DNA from: Thraustochytrium aureum
Lineage: Eukaryota
NCBI GenBank assembly: GCA_012862495.1
Contig: BLSG01000235.1
Span: forward strand, 144,152-208,151
Length of the DNA stretch: 64,000 nucleotides
Direction of reading: 5' to 3'
The notes under the pieces are model-generated. The model saw only the letters and a list, made by a program, of their open reading frames with translations. It was not told the origin of the DNA and made no database searches. The position numbers and the translations under genes were made by a program. This document shows, piece by piece, positions 10,629-23,700 of the stretch (its first letter is position 1; every line of letters begins with the position of its first letter).

Positions 10629-12072
10629 ATGGAGGACGTCGCGGTGCGCAGAGCGTTTGAAAATACGACGTGGACGGGTCCGGGACCATCTCTAAAGATG
10701 AACTCGCGGCGCTCTGCGAGGAGCTCGGCGATGCGCTAAGTGACGCCGAGCTTCGTGAGGCGGCTAGGGCGCTCGACTTGGACGGGAACGGGACCATTGA
10801 GAGGGAAGAGTTTGTGTTGTGGTGGACTGGCCGCGTGGACGGGGCCGTCGGCGACAAGCTCGGCCGCATCGCCGAGCAGGGCAGGAGGGAGAACGCGGCT
10901 GACGTTTTCAGCGCGAGCTGGCTTGGCGATATTGAACTGGTTCGCGAGTTCCTTCAAGTGGAGCCGCAGGCCGCAAGCGCCCAGGATCCGGATGAGTTTG
11001 GTGAAGGGTACACTGCGTTGCACTATGCCGCATACGCTGGGCACGTCAGCCTCGTTGAGATGCTGGTTGGCGAGTTCCGCTGCAGTGTCAACGCTCGAAA
11101 CTCTTCTGGGTGCACTCCGCTATTCCTTGCGAGCCAGCAAGGCCACCGCGCGGTGGTCGAGCTTCTCCTGAGGAGCGGGGCGAGGATCAACATCGCGGAC
11201 CGCAAACACGGCCTCTCCCCGCTCGAGGTCGCAGCTAGCCCAGAGATCGCCGAGCTGCTAGAAGCTGGATGCGACGGCTCGACGCCACGGGCCCCAGACC
11301 GCGCGCCGGCCGTCGACTGCCCCACCTTTGGCTCGTTGACCGTGACGTGGTCCTACCGAGCGGACCAGGCGAGCGGAAAGTCACTCGCAGTCGCTGGCTA
11401 CGCCGTGCGCCTCCTTCGAGCTAAAGCGGCGCCAGAGGAAGAGTCGGACGAGGACAGCGAGGACGAGCAGATAGGGCAGGGCAAGGCGTTGCCAGCCCCA
11501 GGCGAGACAATCAAACAGGTCGAGGTGCAAGGCGCCGACAGTAGTTCCGTCACGCTGACCGCTGTCAAGTACCCGTTTTTGGCCAGGCCCAGGTGGCTGC
11601 ACGGAACGCTGCAGGCCTGAGCGACTGGAGCCTCGCAAGCGGTGGCGTGATGTGCACGAGCGTGCCCACCGTCGAGTCCCCGCCAAGGGCCGTGTGCCTG
11701 GGCAAGTCGACTGTCAAAGTTACGTGGGACCGTGCACTCTCAAATGGACTCAGCGTTGTCGCCTACCGTCTAGAGGTCGCTGAAAGGGTCAGGTGCCAAG
11801 ATGCCTCGGCTGCCTCTGGAGCAGCCGCGCTAGACTGGCATGCACTCAATGTCTACCCGGGCAACGTGCGCGAGGCTCTGATTGAGGGCCTCGCGTCTGG
11901 GCGCACGTTTGTGTTTCGTCTTGTCTGCTCCAACAGGCTGGGCAAGTCCAAGCCCGGGCCGCCCTCACTTGCTGTCCAAACAACGGGCAGTGCTTGGGGC
12001 GGCAGTACAACGGGCAGCCTGGCAGCGACATCGCGGGCGGGGCGGCGCGCGCCGCGACCAAAACCGAAGTGA
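10629..12072 (+). CDS. EF-hand pair + ankyrin repeats + two FN3 domains; apparent single-base deletions near 10661 and 11575-11590
   Basis: MEDVAVRRAFE[K]YDVDGSGTISKDEL and LDLDGNGTIEREEF are EF-hands. GYTALHYAAYAGH, GCTPLFLASQQGH and GLSPLEVA are ankyrin repeats. FN3 motifs LTVTW...GYAV...QVAARNAAGLSDWS and VKVTW...AYRLE...GLASGRTFVFRLVCSNRLGKSKP. Joins ORFs 10670..11620 and 11593..12072. Confidence 0.8.
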
Positions 12073-12326
12073 ATGCGATGCAACAACTGATCTTGGGAAG
12101 AAAAAAAAAAAACGCAGGTTTGCTTGATCAGGACGTTTTGGAATGCCGGCCCGTCTGGGCTTGGTCTGAACGATCCAATCGCCTTTTACATTGTTTCATG
12201 TTGCACAGTTGGACGTGTGTGCGGCCTACAGACGTCCAATGGCGAGACAGTGAGTGCTTCCAATAGCCGCATCATCGACGTGCAAACGATACACAACGCA
12301 CCCAACTCCACCCATCTAATTAATAA

Positions 12327-14139
12327 TCAAAAGTGATCAACAAGCACCGAGCCGCCATCCCCCATTCCCACCCCTGACACTACAGGAAGGAGCTGCTCAA
12401 TCGCGCTAGCCATCGTTGTCTCCAGGTCCACAAAAAACGACGGCAAGGAGGCAAGCTTGTCGTGGACCTCAAGCCCAAGCAAGATGTCGACAGCCTCCTC
12501 CCACTTCTTGTCGCGAAGAAAGTCAATCGCCGGCGCAAGCTCCGGCACCGCGTTGTGCGCGGCCACGGCGTCCCAATGCTTTCTCCACAGCGCAGCGTGG
12601 GTGTAGCTCGTGTGCGCGTCCTCGAAAAGCGCGTTGAGGAAGGAAAGAGCCCTTTGGCGCACCGTCATACCCGAGCTGGCCACCGCGCTCGCAATTTCAA
12701 GAAACGGAGACGACCACTTTCCGCTGGGAGAAAGAGCGCGAGCGACGCGCTGCAGGTGCACTACCCACTCGGCCCCTGCATGCACCGTTTGGTCAAGCAG
12801 CGCTGCGCGGTCGACCACGGCCCGCTGCCACCACCGCAGCATGACATACTGTTCAGCGGGGCCTCGGTTCTTGATTCGCAAACCCGCCAAAATCCCCACA
12901 AGGCTGAGCGTCGGAAGCGCGAAGAGGCCGTCCTCGTCCCGCACGAATAGGGTTTGGTATATGGGCGCCACGGGCGGACTTGCCTCAGGCGCGCCGAGGC
13001 AGGCCAACTTGATGGCGGTGAGCTGCTTGGCAGCGCGCTCGGCACGCGGCGCGCTTTCCTCAGGGCGCTCGTTCGGCGTGCCATCGTCTGCCAGCGCCTG
13101 GAAGGCCAGCTCGAAGAGCAGCTCGCTCACCACCTCGAATCCGAGCCGCGCGAGCTCGCTAAACTCGATCGTCAACACACCAGACGTCCCCACCCAGGCC
13201 TTGAGGGGCGCCAGGACGAGGCTGAGGTGACTCTCCGGCAGGCTTAGCCTTTCCACTAAAAGCGCCCCCAGCGAGTCCGGGAAGAGGAGCCAGTCGTCCG
13301 TTCCTGCTCGGCCCTGCTCAAGCAGGAATAGACGCAGAAGCGAGGGCTTGCCCTCGCTCTCGCCAAGGAGCACGAACCGCAGCGTAGAGCACGATGCAGG
13401 CTCCGTTATGGCGAGCCGGGCCAGCGAGACGCCTCCAGGCGCCTTCTCGCCATCTAGAAGCGCGTTCAAGATGCTGAGCACGACGTCCGGCTGCTCGCGC
13501 TTTTCGCGCAAGACGAGCGCCAAAAGCGGCGGGTCGCCCCCGAGCAGCAGCCGCAAGAGCGACACGTTCTCGGCTCGCTGGGACGTCCGGAACTCGGCCT
13601 CCCGCTCCCGATCAAGGAAAATGTCCAAGACGNNNNNNNNNNNNNNNNNNNNNNNNNNNNNNNNNNNNNNNNNNNNNNNNNNNNNNNNNNNNNNNNNNNN
13701 NNNNNNNNNNNNNNNNNNNNNNNNNNNNNNNNNNNNNNNNNNNNNNNNNNNNNNNNNNNNNNNNNNNNNNNNNNNNNNNNNNNNNNNNNNNNNNNNNNNN
13801 NNNNNNNNNNNNNNNNNNNNNNNNNNNNNNNNNNNNNNNNNNNNNNNNNNNNNNNNNNNNNNNNNNNNNNNNNNNNNNNNCTCGCCCCGAATCAAACAAG
13901 GCGCGCTTGACCAGGCGCGCCACCTGCACTTCCTCGGCTCCTGCCACGCCCGCCCCAAGCAGCCTCCTGACCAGCCTCCACTGCGCAACCTCGCACCCCC
14001 TGTGCCTTGCCGCGAGCAGCCTCGCGGCGCATGGGCTCCCGCGCAGGGCCAGTCTCGCCACGCTGGGCGACCCGCTGCACGCGACGTGCGCCAGCAGCGA
14101 CCTTTCGCGGAGTTCTCGCTCGTCCATCGCGGCCTGCAT
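12327..14139 (-). CDS. Hypothetical, probably alpha-helical protein (~600 aa) spanning gap 13633-13880
   Basis: An N-terminal piece MQAAMDERELRERSLLAH (ATG at 14139 or 14127) lies before the gap. After the gap a long Leu/Ala-rich frame VLDIFLDRE...VLVDHF runs to a stop at 12327. No family recognised. Confidence 0.6.
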
Positions 14140-14191
14140 CCACCACCAGCGCGCGCGCCAACAACGAAGGATGCTTCCGCGGGGCCTCTTC

Positions 14192-14193
14192 TC

Positions 14194-14230
<37 letters not shown>

Positions 14231-14318
14231 TCCCTCCCTCGCGTGCGTGCGTGGCCCGTGCGTGCGTGCGTGCTTGCGGTTGCGGGATGGCAGGCAAGAC
14301 GGATGGATGGATGGATGG
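14192..14318. repeat. Compound tetranucleotide microsatellite (CCAG)n-(CCCT)n, (GCGT)n, (GGAT)n
   Basis: Visible runs ccagccagccag..., gcgtgcgtgc... and ggatggatggatgg upstream of the minus-strand gene starting at 14139/14127. Confidence 0.9.
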
Positions 14319-14725
14319 TACTCAGAGTGCTTGGTCCGGTTGGACGGAGGATGGAAGCTAATGGCGCGGCGCCCGAGGCTGGCGCCGCGGGCGCTGCGGC
14401 TCACCACAGGCTCAGCCAAGCGGCTCCGTAGCGGCCTGGACGCCTGGCTGCCAACCTGTGCATGCCACTGGCCAACAATCACATTCTTTGTCGTTCGTGT
14501 TCGTGGTCGGCGGGTTGGCTGCTGACTGTGCTCTTGATTGAAAGCGCAGTGGTGGCGTTTGGGAACGGCGGCGCGCGACACGGGAGCTGGCAACGGGCGC
14601 TGGCGCGAATTCAATTGAATCATTCGGTTTTGATTGATTTGGATTTGACTCGGCGGCTCACTCAGGTGATTGTGCGCGTATACTCGAGTACTCTAGAGCT
14701 AGTACCTACTTGCGGTCTGGCCGCC

Positions 14726-17700
14726 TTAGGTGGCGCGCACTTCGAGCTGCACGAGGTTCGCGTCCATCGGTTCGAAGGCGCCGATGCCCACGGCGTTGCG
14801 GGCAGCCACACGGACAAAGTAGAGCCGGTTACTGCTGAGCCCGGTAATCGTTCGGCTGAACGACCCGGTGCTGTCGGCCGCAACCTTCACCGTTTGGCGA
14901 TGCGGCATGCCCGAGTTGGAGTTGAACGTGTTGACGATATCGATACTGATGTCATACTCGAGGACCGGGGAGCCGCCGTCCGCCTCGCCGTAGCCAGCCT
15001 GGTCGCGGCCCATGCCGGACGGGCACAACGTCGTTGCCAGGACCGAGTTTGGCCCGCCTCCGCTGCAAGTGACTCCATGGTGGGGAACGATCGGGCTCGA
15101 AAAGTCCACCTTGATCTCCCCGCTGTTACCTCCTGGAGCCACCCGCACATTGTCCGGTTTGCCAGGAACCTGGGCCGCGGGGGCGCGTTTGGTCGGTGTG
15201 GACGCCTGCGTGGGGCCATATCCAATGGCGTTTCTCGCAGACACTCTGACGAACACATTCGTGTTGTTGACCTGGTCCGAGATTGTGTAGCTGCGGAACA
15301 GCATCGCGTCGAGCTCGACCACTCCCTTGAACGGGAGCTCGAAGAGCGAATCGAACGAGGGAGCCCGGTCCCACTCAACGCGGTACATGGTAACGGCCCC
15401 GCCGCCGTTGCTGGCCGGTGGTGCCCAGGCAACGGTGAGCTTGGTGTTGCTCGTGGCGAGCAGGCTCACTTCGGTTGGCGCGCTCGGGACCTCCATGGGA
15501 GCTATTTGGGCCGGCGCAGAGCTCGCCCATGCGCTGCGGCCCTGGCTGTTGACAGCCGCCACCCGAACATAGTAGGGCTGCCCATTCGTCAAGTACATCA
15601 GTGTCACAGAGAACGGCGCCCCGGATCCCAGATAGGACAGCACTGTCTCCTGGGGAGCTGCGAACGCGCTTGTTGTGTCGAACTGTACGACGTACGAAGT
15701 GATCGGGTCACCCCCATCGTCATCTGGCGAGAAAAGCACGCGCAAACTGGTCCCTGACACGATATTCACACTCACGTCCACAGGCGGGGCAGGGACACGG
15801 ACTGGAGCCTTCGAACCTGCAGCTGTCGCAGGCAGGGAAAACCCGATGCTGTTGACAGCGTAAACGCGAGCGTAGTACGCTGTGCCTTGCGTCAGGCCGT
15901 CGATGCGCTGGATTCCGTCACACGCGGGGAAAGTCGCACCGCTGGTCTCCAGCATGACATTGACCTCACAGACACCCACACCGTTGCTGAGGTCGTTCGA
16001 TGCCGAGCTCAGCTCCACCCCGTTGACGTCGTCAAGGAACGTGATCGACCAGATAAAGCCAGTGGTCGTTGGGGTTCGCGACACCTCAACACCGCGGGTA
16101 AGGCCGATAGAGCGCGCCATCTGGTTGAGGTGGCTCTGCATCGATCCTTTTAGGTCGGGACAAGACCCAGAACCAGTGAAGGTGCAATACACGTTGTCGT
16201 CCACCCCATTCTCATCGGTCGCCATGGCCGGAGCGTCGAAATGAACCCTGTGAGTGGTGGACTTGAAGTGGCCACCATACGCAAGCGTGAGGTGGAAACC
16301 GCCAGACGTCACGGCAGCAGCTGTCGGGTCGACCGGCTTGGTCTCCAGTGTGACGACCTCTTTTACAGAAAAGTGCGGGCACCGAAGGAGGAAAGAACCC
16401 GCCGTCCCGCCCGAGGCCACAGAAGTAAAACTCTCGCTGGTGTCGTACTGGACCATGTACTGGTCAACGACGCTGCCACCGTCGCTCGTCGGCGCATCGT
16501 ACGAGATTTGAAGCGCGGTCGAGTCGCCCTCCACAACACTCAGCTGCACGTTGCGCGGCGCAAGTGGAGCCTGGAGCGGAGGAGTGTGCGAGACCCATGC
16601 AGAGGGCGACCCATACCCTTGCTCGTTCGCAGCTGACACGCGCACAGAGTAGCGCACGCCGGGTTCAAGCCCCGAAATGGAGTATGAAGGAATAGCCGCT
16701 CCAGCTGCGACCACATGAAACGCGAATCGCGCCGGGGTTTCGCCGAGCGCGCACTCGATGCAAGCAATCTTGGAATCGTCTTGGCCTCGCCCCTGAGGAT
16801 TCTTCAGCGCAAGGTCTCCGTCAGTGACCGTCACAGAGGCTGTGGCCCCGTCACTGTTGGTGAAAAGGTTCGTCGGGTCCGCCTGCATGCTCGGAATGTC
16901 AAATGAGCTCAGCGAACCTGGGGAGGTAAACGTTACGAGCCACGTGTAGTCCCGCTTGATGGCGCTCGATGGCCCGGATCGCGTGACGCTGACGGTCCCA
17001 ACGGTCGCCAGCGACTCGAGAGCGTCCTCAACCTCCTCGGCGGTCGCATCGTACCGAATTAGCGGAGTCCACTCGCTGCCGCCCAGACTGAGCCTGAAAA
17101 ACCCAGAGATCCCCGCATCGGCAGTCGACGAGGTGGTTTGAACTCGTTGGACTTCATTGTGGCCGCCCGCACGTCTACCACGGTTGCGAATGCTAGTCGA
17201 AGCCGAGACAGCGCCACTTCCAGCAGTGAGCAGTTGCCCGTCAAGCAGGAACTGCGGGTTGGCGCCCGGGTTGATGTCATCATTGATAAAAGTTACGAGC
17301 CACCGAAAGCCCTTGTCCGAGATTGGCTCACGCGAAACCGAAACCTGACCGATGATGGCCCATTTTGTCGAACCATCTCCCAGGCTCATCAGCTGAAAAC
17401 GCAGGTCTTCTGCGGAGATATCGGGGCTGAGAGCGCCGGTTGGCGACCCGTTGAACAGCAGTGTGAACGTGCCGCCCGTTTGCCCGGCCATCGAGTTCAC
17501 CACTTTGATCTCCTGGACCTCAAACACCGGCTCCTCTAGCACGCACCACTCGACGCGGTAGGAGGTGACAGGGGAGCCCCCAACAGCGAGGGGCGCAACC
17601 CAAGCGACTTGCAGCGAGTCGATCGGGGTCGACTGCTCCTCGGCAGAGGAAACGCTAAGCGCGGTCGGCGACCCGGGCGCCTCCTTCGGCGCGACGGGCA

Positions 17701-20700
17701 CAGATGTGGTAAAGTAGTTGCCAAACCCAGTGGCGCCGATGCCATTGTAGGCCGCGACCCGCACGTAGTACGGCGTTCCAACTTGGAGCGGCGCGCAGTC
17801 GACGCCGGTCAGCGCTTGACGGACGGTGAACGAACCGATGTCAAATGCCCAGCGGAGCGGAACCTCGCTGACGACGCGAAGGTTGTCGTTGCCGTTAATC
17901 TCTTGCTCTGTGCTGCAAAACGGGAGCGCGCCGTCAATCGACTTGAAGGTATCGCTTGGGTCCCACTCGATGCGCAGCTTGGTGAGATTGGCGCCGCCGT
18001 CGCGCTCGGGCGAGGTAGTGATCACGCGCAGCGACGTGCCAGAGACGAGGGAAACGTCGACGCCGAACGGCGCGAGAGGGGCTTGATCCGCAGTCACAAT
18101 TGACGCTGGCGTCGAGATCTGCCAGTTCGTGTTCATTCCAAAGTACGGCGGCAACGCGAGCGGGTCGACTTGCTGAGCCGGCACAGCGTTTATTGCAGCA
18201 AGGCGCGCGTAGTAGGTTGTGCTCACGGAGAGGTCCGTCACGAACGCGGTGTACGGCGGGGCTCCAGTGATCGCGCTCTCCCCGACCGTAACTTGCCTTG
18301 GGCTGTTGTTAAAGTCGGCCGTCGTGTCCACTTCGACAACGTACCCGGTAATCAGAGAACCGCCGTCCGTGGCAGGCGGGTAGAACTCGAGAAGGAGGCT
18401 TGTGCTCGAAGCTGTGCTGAGATACACGCTCTGGGGCGCAGAGGGGAGCTGCATCGGCACAACCGTAAGGGAATCGGCGAACAAGCTTGGGCCCATCGCG
18501 TTGCGAGCCTGGACGCGCACGTAGTAGGTCGAGCCTGCCTGCAAGCTCGGGATGTAAAAGCAGTTGTTGCAGCCCACGTTGCGGCTTGCATCCTCGGCGT
18601 GCACAAAGGCCCGCCCACCCCGGATGCGGACTGTTGCCGACCCGGGCGCCAGCGAGTGTCGCGCAGCGACGATTGGCTTCGGCTTCGCTCCTCCAGCCGG
18701 GCGTAAGACATGGATACTGAATTCATAGCCAGCGATGCGCTTGTACACCGCCATGCCCGATTTGGTGGTCGATGTGATGATGGCAGCCGTCTTGTAATCC
18801 GCAACGGTGGCCAACGGGACCTGCGCTGCCGTGTACGTCCCAGAGTGCGCGACGCGGAAAGTCTCGCCGTTGACGTGAATTACGTCCCCCCGGCTAACGC
18901 CAGCGGCTTCCAAGCTCGCTGAGCTCGACAAAACCGCCTGTCCGTGGCTCGCGGACACAGACACGGACGAGATCCGCTCCAACGCGTAGTCCCGGGACAC
19001 GGCTACCGTGTCTAGCCCAGAAAGCGCCTCCAGCGCTGCCCTGACCTCGAACGCAGAAGCGTCGAACGCAAGGGGTGCGGTTTCCTCGCCGTCATAAACC
19101 AGGCTAAAGGTACCCGATAGCTGCTCCCCACCAACGGCAACGCGGATAGTCACGTCCACAGCATTTGACCCGCCGAGGCCGTTGGATGAGACGACAAGCG
19201 AAGGTACATCGCCGGCGACAGCAGCTCCGCTGAATGTTACCTGGAAAGTCATCCCGTGGCCGTCGGCTCCAGTGTGAGCCTCCATCGTCACCGTGACACC
19301 ACCTGGACCAATGTTTGTCAGACCCTCGAGGGCGGTCTGCAACGCAATGGCCCCTCCGTTGGGATCAATTGGGCTAGTGGCACCCCCTCCGTTGCTGGAC
19401 TCGAAGCACTGGGGGCAGTCAGCCACGTTAGTCGTATCGAAAGAGAGAGCGAAAGTCCCAGTGATATCTGGCGCCCCGACGCTGACGAGAGTCTGCGGAG
19501 CCGCTCCCCCAGAGGCGCAGGATGCTGAACCAGCGCAAGTGAAATCAACGCAACCATCGCCGAACCCGCCAAACTCGAGCTCATAGACACCGGCTGCGTC
19601 CGTAAACGTGATATCCCAAGCAAGCCCCAGCCCCGATACTGTTGGATCTGCAATGTGCGCAATCGCATTCAATTTGCTCGCATCAAATGCGAGCACAGCA
19701 TTTTCAATCGCCGTCTTGAGATCCGCGGAAGAAACGTCATGGGCGATGCATGTTGTCGGACGCCCATTGTACGTCAACCGAAACTCGCCGGATGCGATTG
19801 CCAAGGCCGAGTCAGCCACGACCAAGCGTTGGACCTTTGAAGGAGCAGTGATCACGATCTCCTGCACCTCGCGGAGTGGGACCGCCGAGACCGTTACGTG
19901 CTGCTCGCGGTAGAGCAGCTCCGCGGAGTCGAGAGTGTACCACTGCGCGTTGCCCGAGTCAAACCCGGCAGACGTGTCGACCTCCACGGTGTACGCGTCG
20001 ATTGCCTGCCCGCCGTCCAGGACTGGGGCGTTAAAGACGATGCCAGTCTTGGAACCTGTGGCCTCGTTGCCCTTCGTGACCTCTTGCACAATGGCGACCT
20101 TGCCCTCGCCAGTAAGCCCCGTCGCAGATGCAGACATGGACTCGAGGTCGCCGCCATTCATGGGGCTTGTAAAGGTCACAAGCCAGGAGCGCCCACGCTC
20201 TGAGTCGACGCTCTCTGCACTCGTTACTACCGCGCTTTTAACGGTGCTGAGCGACTCGACGGCCGTTTGGACCTCCGCAGCGGTTGCGTCATACGCGATT
20301 GCAGACGTAGTCGCGCCAAGATAGCTCAGCGTAAACGACCCGCCGAGCCAGTTGCCGCGCTGTGTCTCCACAATGGTGACTGCTGAGCCCGAACCCGTCA
20401 AGGAGTTCACCGCAGACATCATGCCGAGATCGCCAATGTCCGAGGTGAAGGTAACCCTCCACTCATAGGCACGCATTTGCTCGTCAACTAACGTGCGAGC
20501 AACATTGACCTTGTGCACACTACCGCCTCCGAGCCCTTCGAGCGCTGCTGCGACTTCCGAGGCTTCAGCGTTGAAGTTGAGGTTCGCTGTCGTCTCCCCG
20601 CCGAATGTGAGCGTGAAGAAGCCACCGAGCTCGTTGCCGTCCGAAATCGTCGCAGTCTCGCAACGGTTCGCGACGCCCAACCCGACAAAGTCAGCGTCGC

Positions 20701-23700
20701 CTGTGCAGCCAAGCTGCATCAAGTTTCCACCTTCGCCTTCAAAGGCCACCGTCCAGATGAACCCACCAGAGGTGTCCGCAAAGGACCGCTTCGTGTGTAC
20801 GGCACTGATGATCGGCAGCTTCTCAAGTTCCGCCTTGAGGCTCTCGGCGGTCATGTCGTGGTCTAGGTCATAGCCAGCCGTGTCCAGCACAGTCGCTTCC
20901 ACAACAAATGTAGCGCCACCGGTATGCCAGGCCTCGCAAGGCGTGGTGTCCGGTCCGTCGACAATGGTGAGTGCGGCAAACGTCACCTGGTCATCGTCGA
21001 AGACAATCGTCCAAGAATACCCGGCGTCTGCGTCGCTCCATGTCCGAACCACGTGAGCGGTTTGGCTTGTGATAGTCTGAACGACAGCTTTCACCTCGTC
21101 CGCGGTAGCGTCAAAGCTGATGCACGAGGATGCGGCAGCGCCACCGTATGACAGAGCAAATCCGCCGACAGTTGCCGTCGTAGATCCGGCAGTGCGATGT
21201 ACGCGCACGACACGTTTTTCCTGGGAGGTTGTCATTGTGTGCATGACGCCGTTTGCCTTACCGGTGAAGCTGAGCGAAAGCGCGCCTGTAGCGATTGGTG
21301 CGGCTAGCCCCGCCCCGGCGATCGTTCGAACTGTTTGCACCTCGTTGATCTTGGTGCAAGACGTAGTCACCGTCTGGATTTCATCGAGGTGCGTCGCAGC
21401 CACGGAGACCATTTGCACCTCATCCACGTGCAGCGCGACGTTGGCCGCAAGGGTGCGCGGGGCGGCAGGGACACCCCGCGCGCGCTCGACTGGGTTTTCG
21501 GTGCTGAATCCGCCAAGTCCAAGTTCGTTGCGCAGAGCGACGCGGAATGCGTAAGGGAGCCCGGGCTCAAGTCCAGTAACTGTGTACGCGTCTGGGAGAA
21601 CGCCGGGGAGGGCTTCGAAAACATCGACGGACCTGCTCGCGCCCTGCAAATGGGAAACATCGCCTGCGACGAGAGGAAGGTCACCTAGGTTGCTGTCGAA
21701 TTTCACGTTCCAGCGGTGTCCTGACACCTTGTAAGCGGCGAGACCCGTCTTGGTCCAGCCCGTGTACTGGGCTCGAGCAGTGGGGTTGCCCGAAACGACT
21801 TCGCCATTTGCGGCCCGCAAGACCTGGCCAAGGAACACCTTGTCGGCGTTTCCGTTGGTGATTGTCTCCACCAATACCGTCGCATCGTGCACACCAGCAA
21901 GGCCCGAGATATCCACGGCAAGCTCGGGGATGTCGCCATTGACCGAGGCGCCCACGAAGGTGACGCTCCAGGTCCAGCCTTCTTTCGTTTCGTCGCCAGA
22001 GACTTCGCGAGACACCTCTACGTTGTAGGCCCCAATGTTGGGAAGAGCATACAGACGCTCGAGTAGAGAGCTCTCGCCCTTCGCGAGATGCGGCATGATT
22101 GAACCGGTTGTGTACTGCGCCTTGACGGCGCACATCGCACAGTTCGTGGTGTCGAGCGTCACGGTCATGCCGGAGCCAAGACTATCCGCGCCGACCTTGT
22201 ACGCCACGCGGTTAGTGCTGCCGCAGTCGTCGGTGCCAAACATCAGCGGGGCGATGCCAGCATCTTGATCAAACGTGATCTCGTAGAGTACCTCGCCAGT
22301 CGAATTGGTCTGGGTGCGCTCGACCGACAGGACCGTAATCGATCCAGCGATTCCAGCAATAGCGCTTCCGACATCAGCTTCAAGCGCGTCCCAAGACAGG
22401 CAACCCGTTTCGCTGCCAGAGCTGCCCCACTTGAGCCTCAGTCCGGCATCTTGCGCATCCGAAACGCTCGCGACTTGGATCATGAACGACTGCGTCTTGC
22501 GCTCGCTTGCCAAAGTTATGCGTTGCACCTCCTTGCGAATCGGCCCGCTCATCTGCCCGTCATACTCTGCAATGACCGTTGCGAGCAATTCCGCACCGGT
22601 GAGCGGCGAGCCGCAGCCACTTGGCTCTAGCAACAGGTCTACGTTATCCTGGAGCAACGTCTCTCCAACAAAGTATACCGAAAAGACATACCCGGCCCCA
22701 GGATTGTCCTCGCTGAACTCGCGGCGCGTGACGACGAGTTCATCTCCAACAAGAGCCTCGAGCGCCGTCTCCATGTCTGCTTCCGAGACCGTCGACGCCA
22801 AGCAAGCTGTCTGTTGGCCCCCCTGCACAACCTTGAACTCGCCGCTCGGAAGCGTACCAGTGCCGTCCGGTGTCTTCAATGTCAGGGCTTGAACCTGCAC
22901 GCCGTCGTTGAGCACTGTAAAGGTTGGCGCAACCCAGTAGATGCGAGCTGCAGAGTTGTCCTCCCCAACAAACGCGCGATCGATCGTGAACTCGTTGGCG
23001 GCTTTGCCCTCGACAGACTGGGCCGCAACTGCAGCACTGGCCCCGTTACCCGACAAGGGAGTGCAACCGTCGTTCGCTGACGCGAGGTTGGGCACGTCGC
23101 CGTCGAATTGGTCGCCCACGAAGAATATCGAATAGGTGTACGCCGAGGCGCCCTCCTCGCGATGCACAATCAAGTCGCCTTCAGCAAGGTCTGCAAGGCT
23201 CTCCAGCGCGGCCTGAACGGCAGCAGCACTGGCGTCGAAGGGGAGGCAGGCGGTCTTCTCGTTCACGAATTGCAAACGATACTCCCCTGCGGTCGGGGGG
23301 CCAGCAAGCTCAACCGTCTGCACCTCGACTCCGTTGTCTACAACCTCGTAGACGTCGGCATCGATGCGAACGAAGTCGCCGTTCGCCAGATAAGGGCGCA
23401 GGTTGGCGCTTGTCTTGACCGTGGTCGCGCCCTTCACCACCGACGCGGTGCCTTGGGGAATCAGCACATCGCCTGTAACGCCAATGTCGGCAAGTCCATT
23501 CACCCCGAGGCCATTGGCGCCGCCGACTCTGATCAAGTCGCCCCGCGAGACGTAGTCGTGCAGGTTCACAGTTGACACAATGTGCCGCGCGAACATGTCG
23601 ATGGACACCATTCCTGGAAGTGGCTGCGCAAGTGCAAGGCTGCGATGAACAGAGACCTCGCCGATCGTCTCGATTCGTTCGAGCTGAGACTTGATGTCTG

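Noticed and set aside
12101..12112. A12 tract as the tail of a retrocopy
   Set aside because: It is a short A-run in an AT-richer 3' intergenic region with no target-site duplication, and neighbouring genes are also intronless.
1..14139. Functional gene cluster among the seven small genes
   Set aside because: Their predicted functions are unrelated and their orientations are mixed, as in an ordinary compact eukaryotic neighbourhood.
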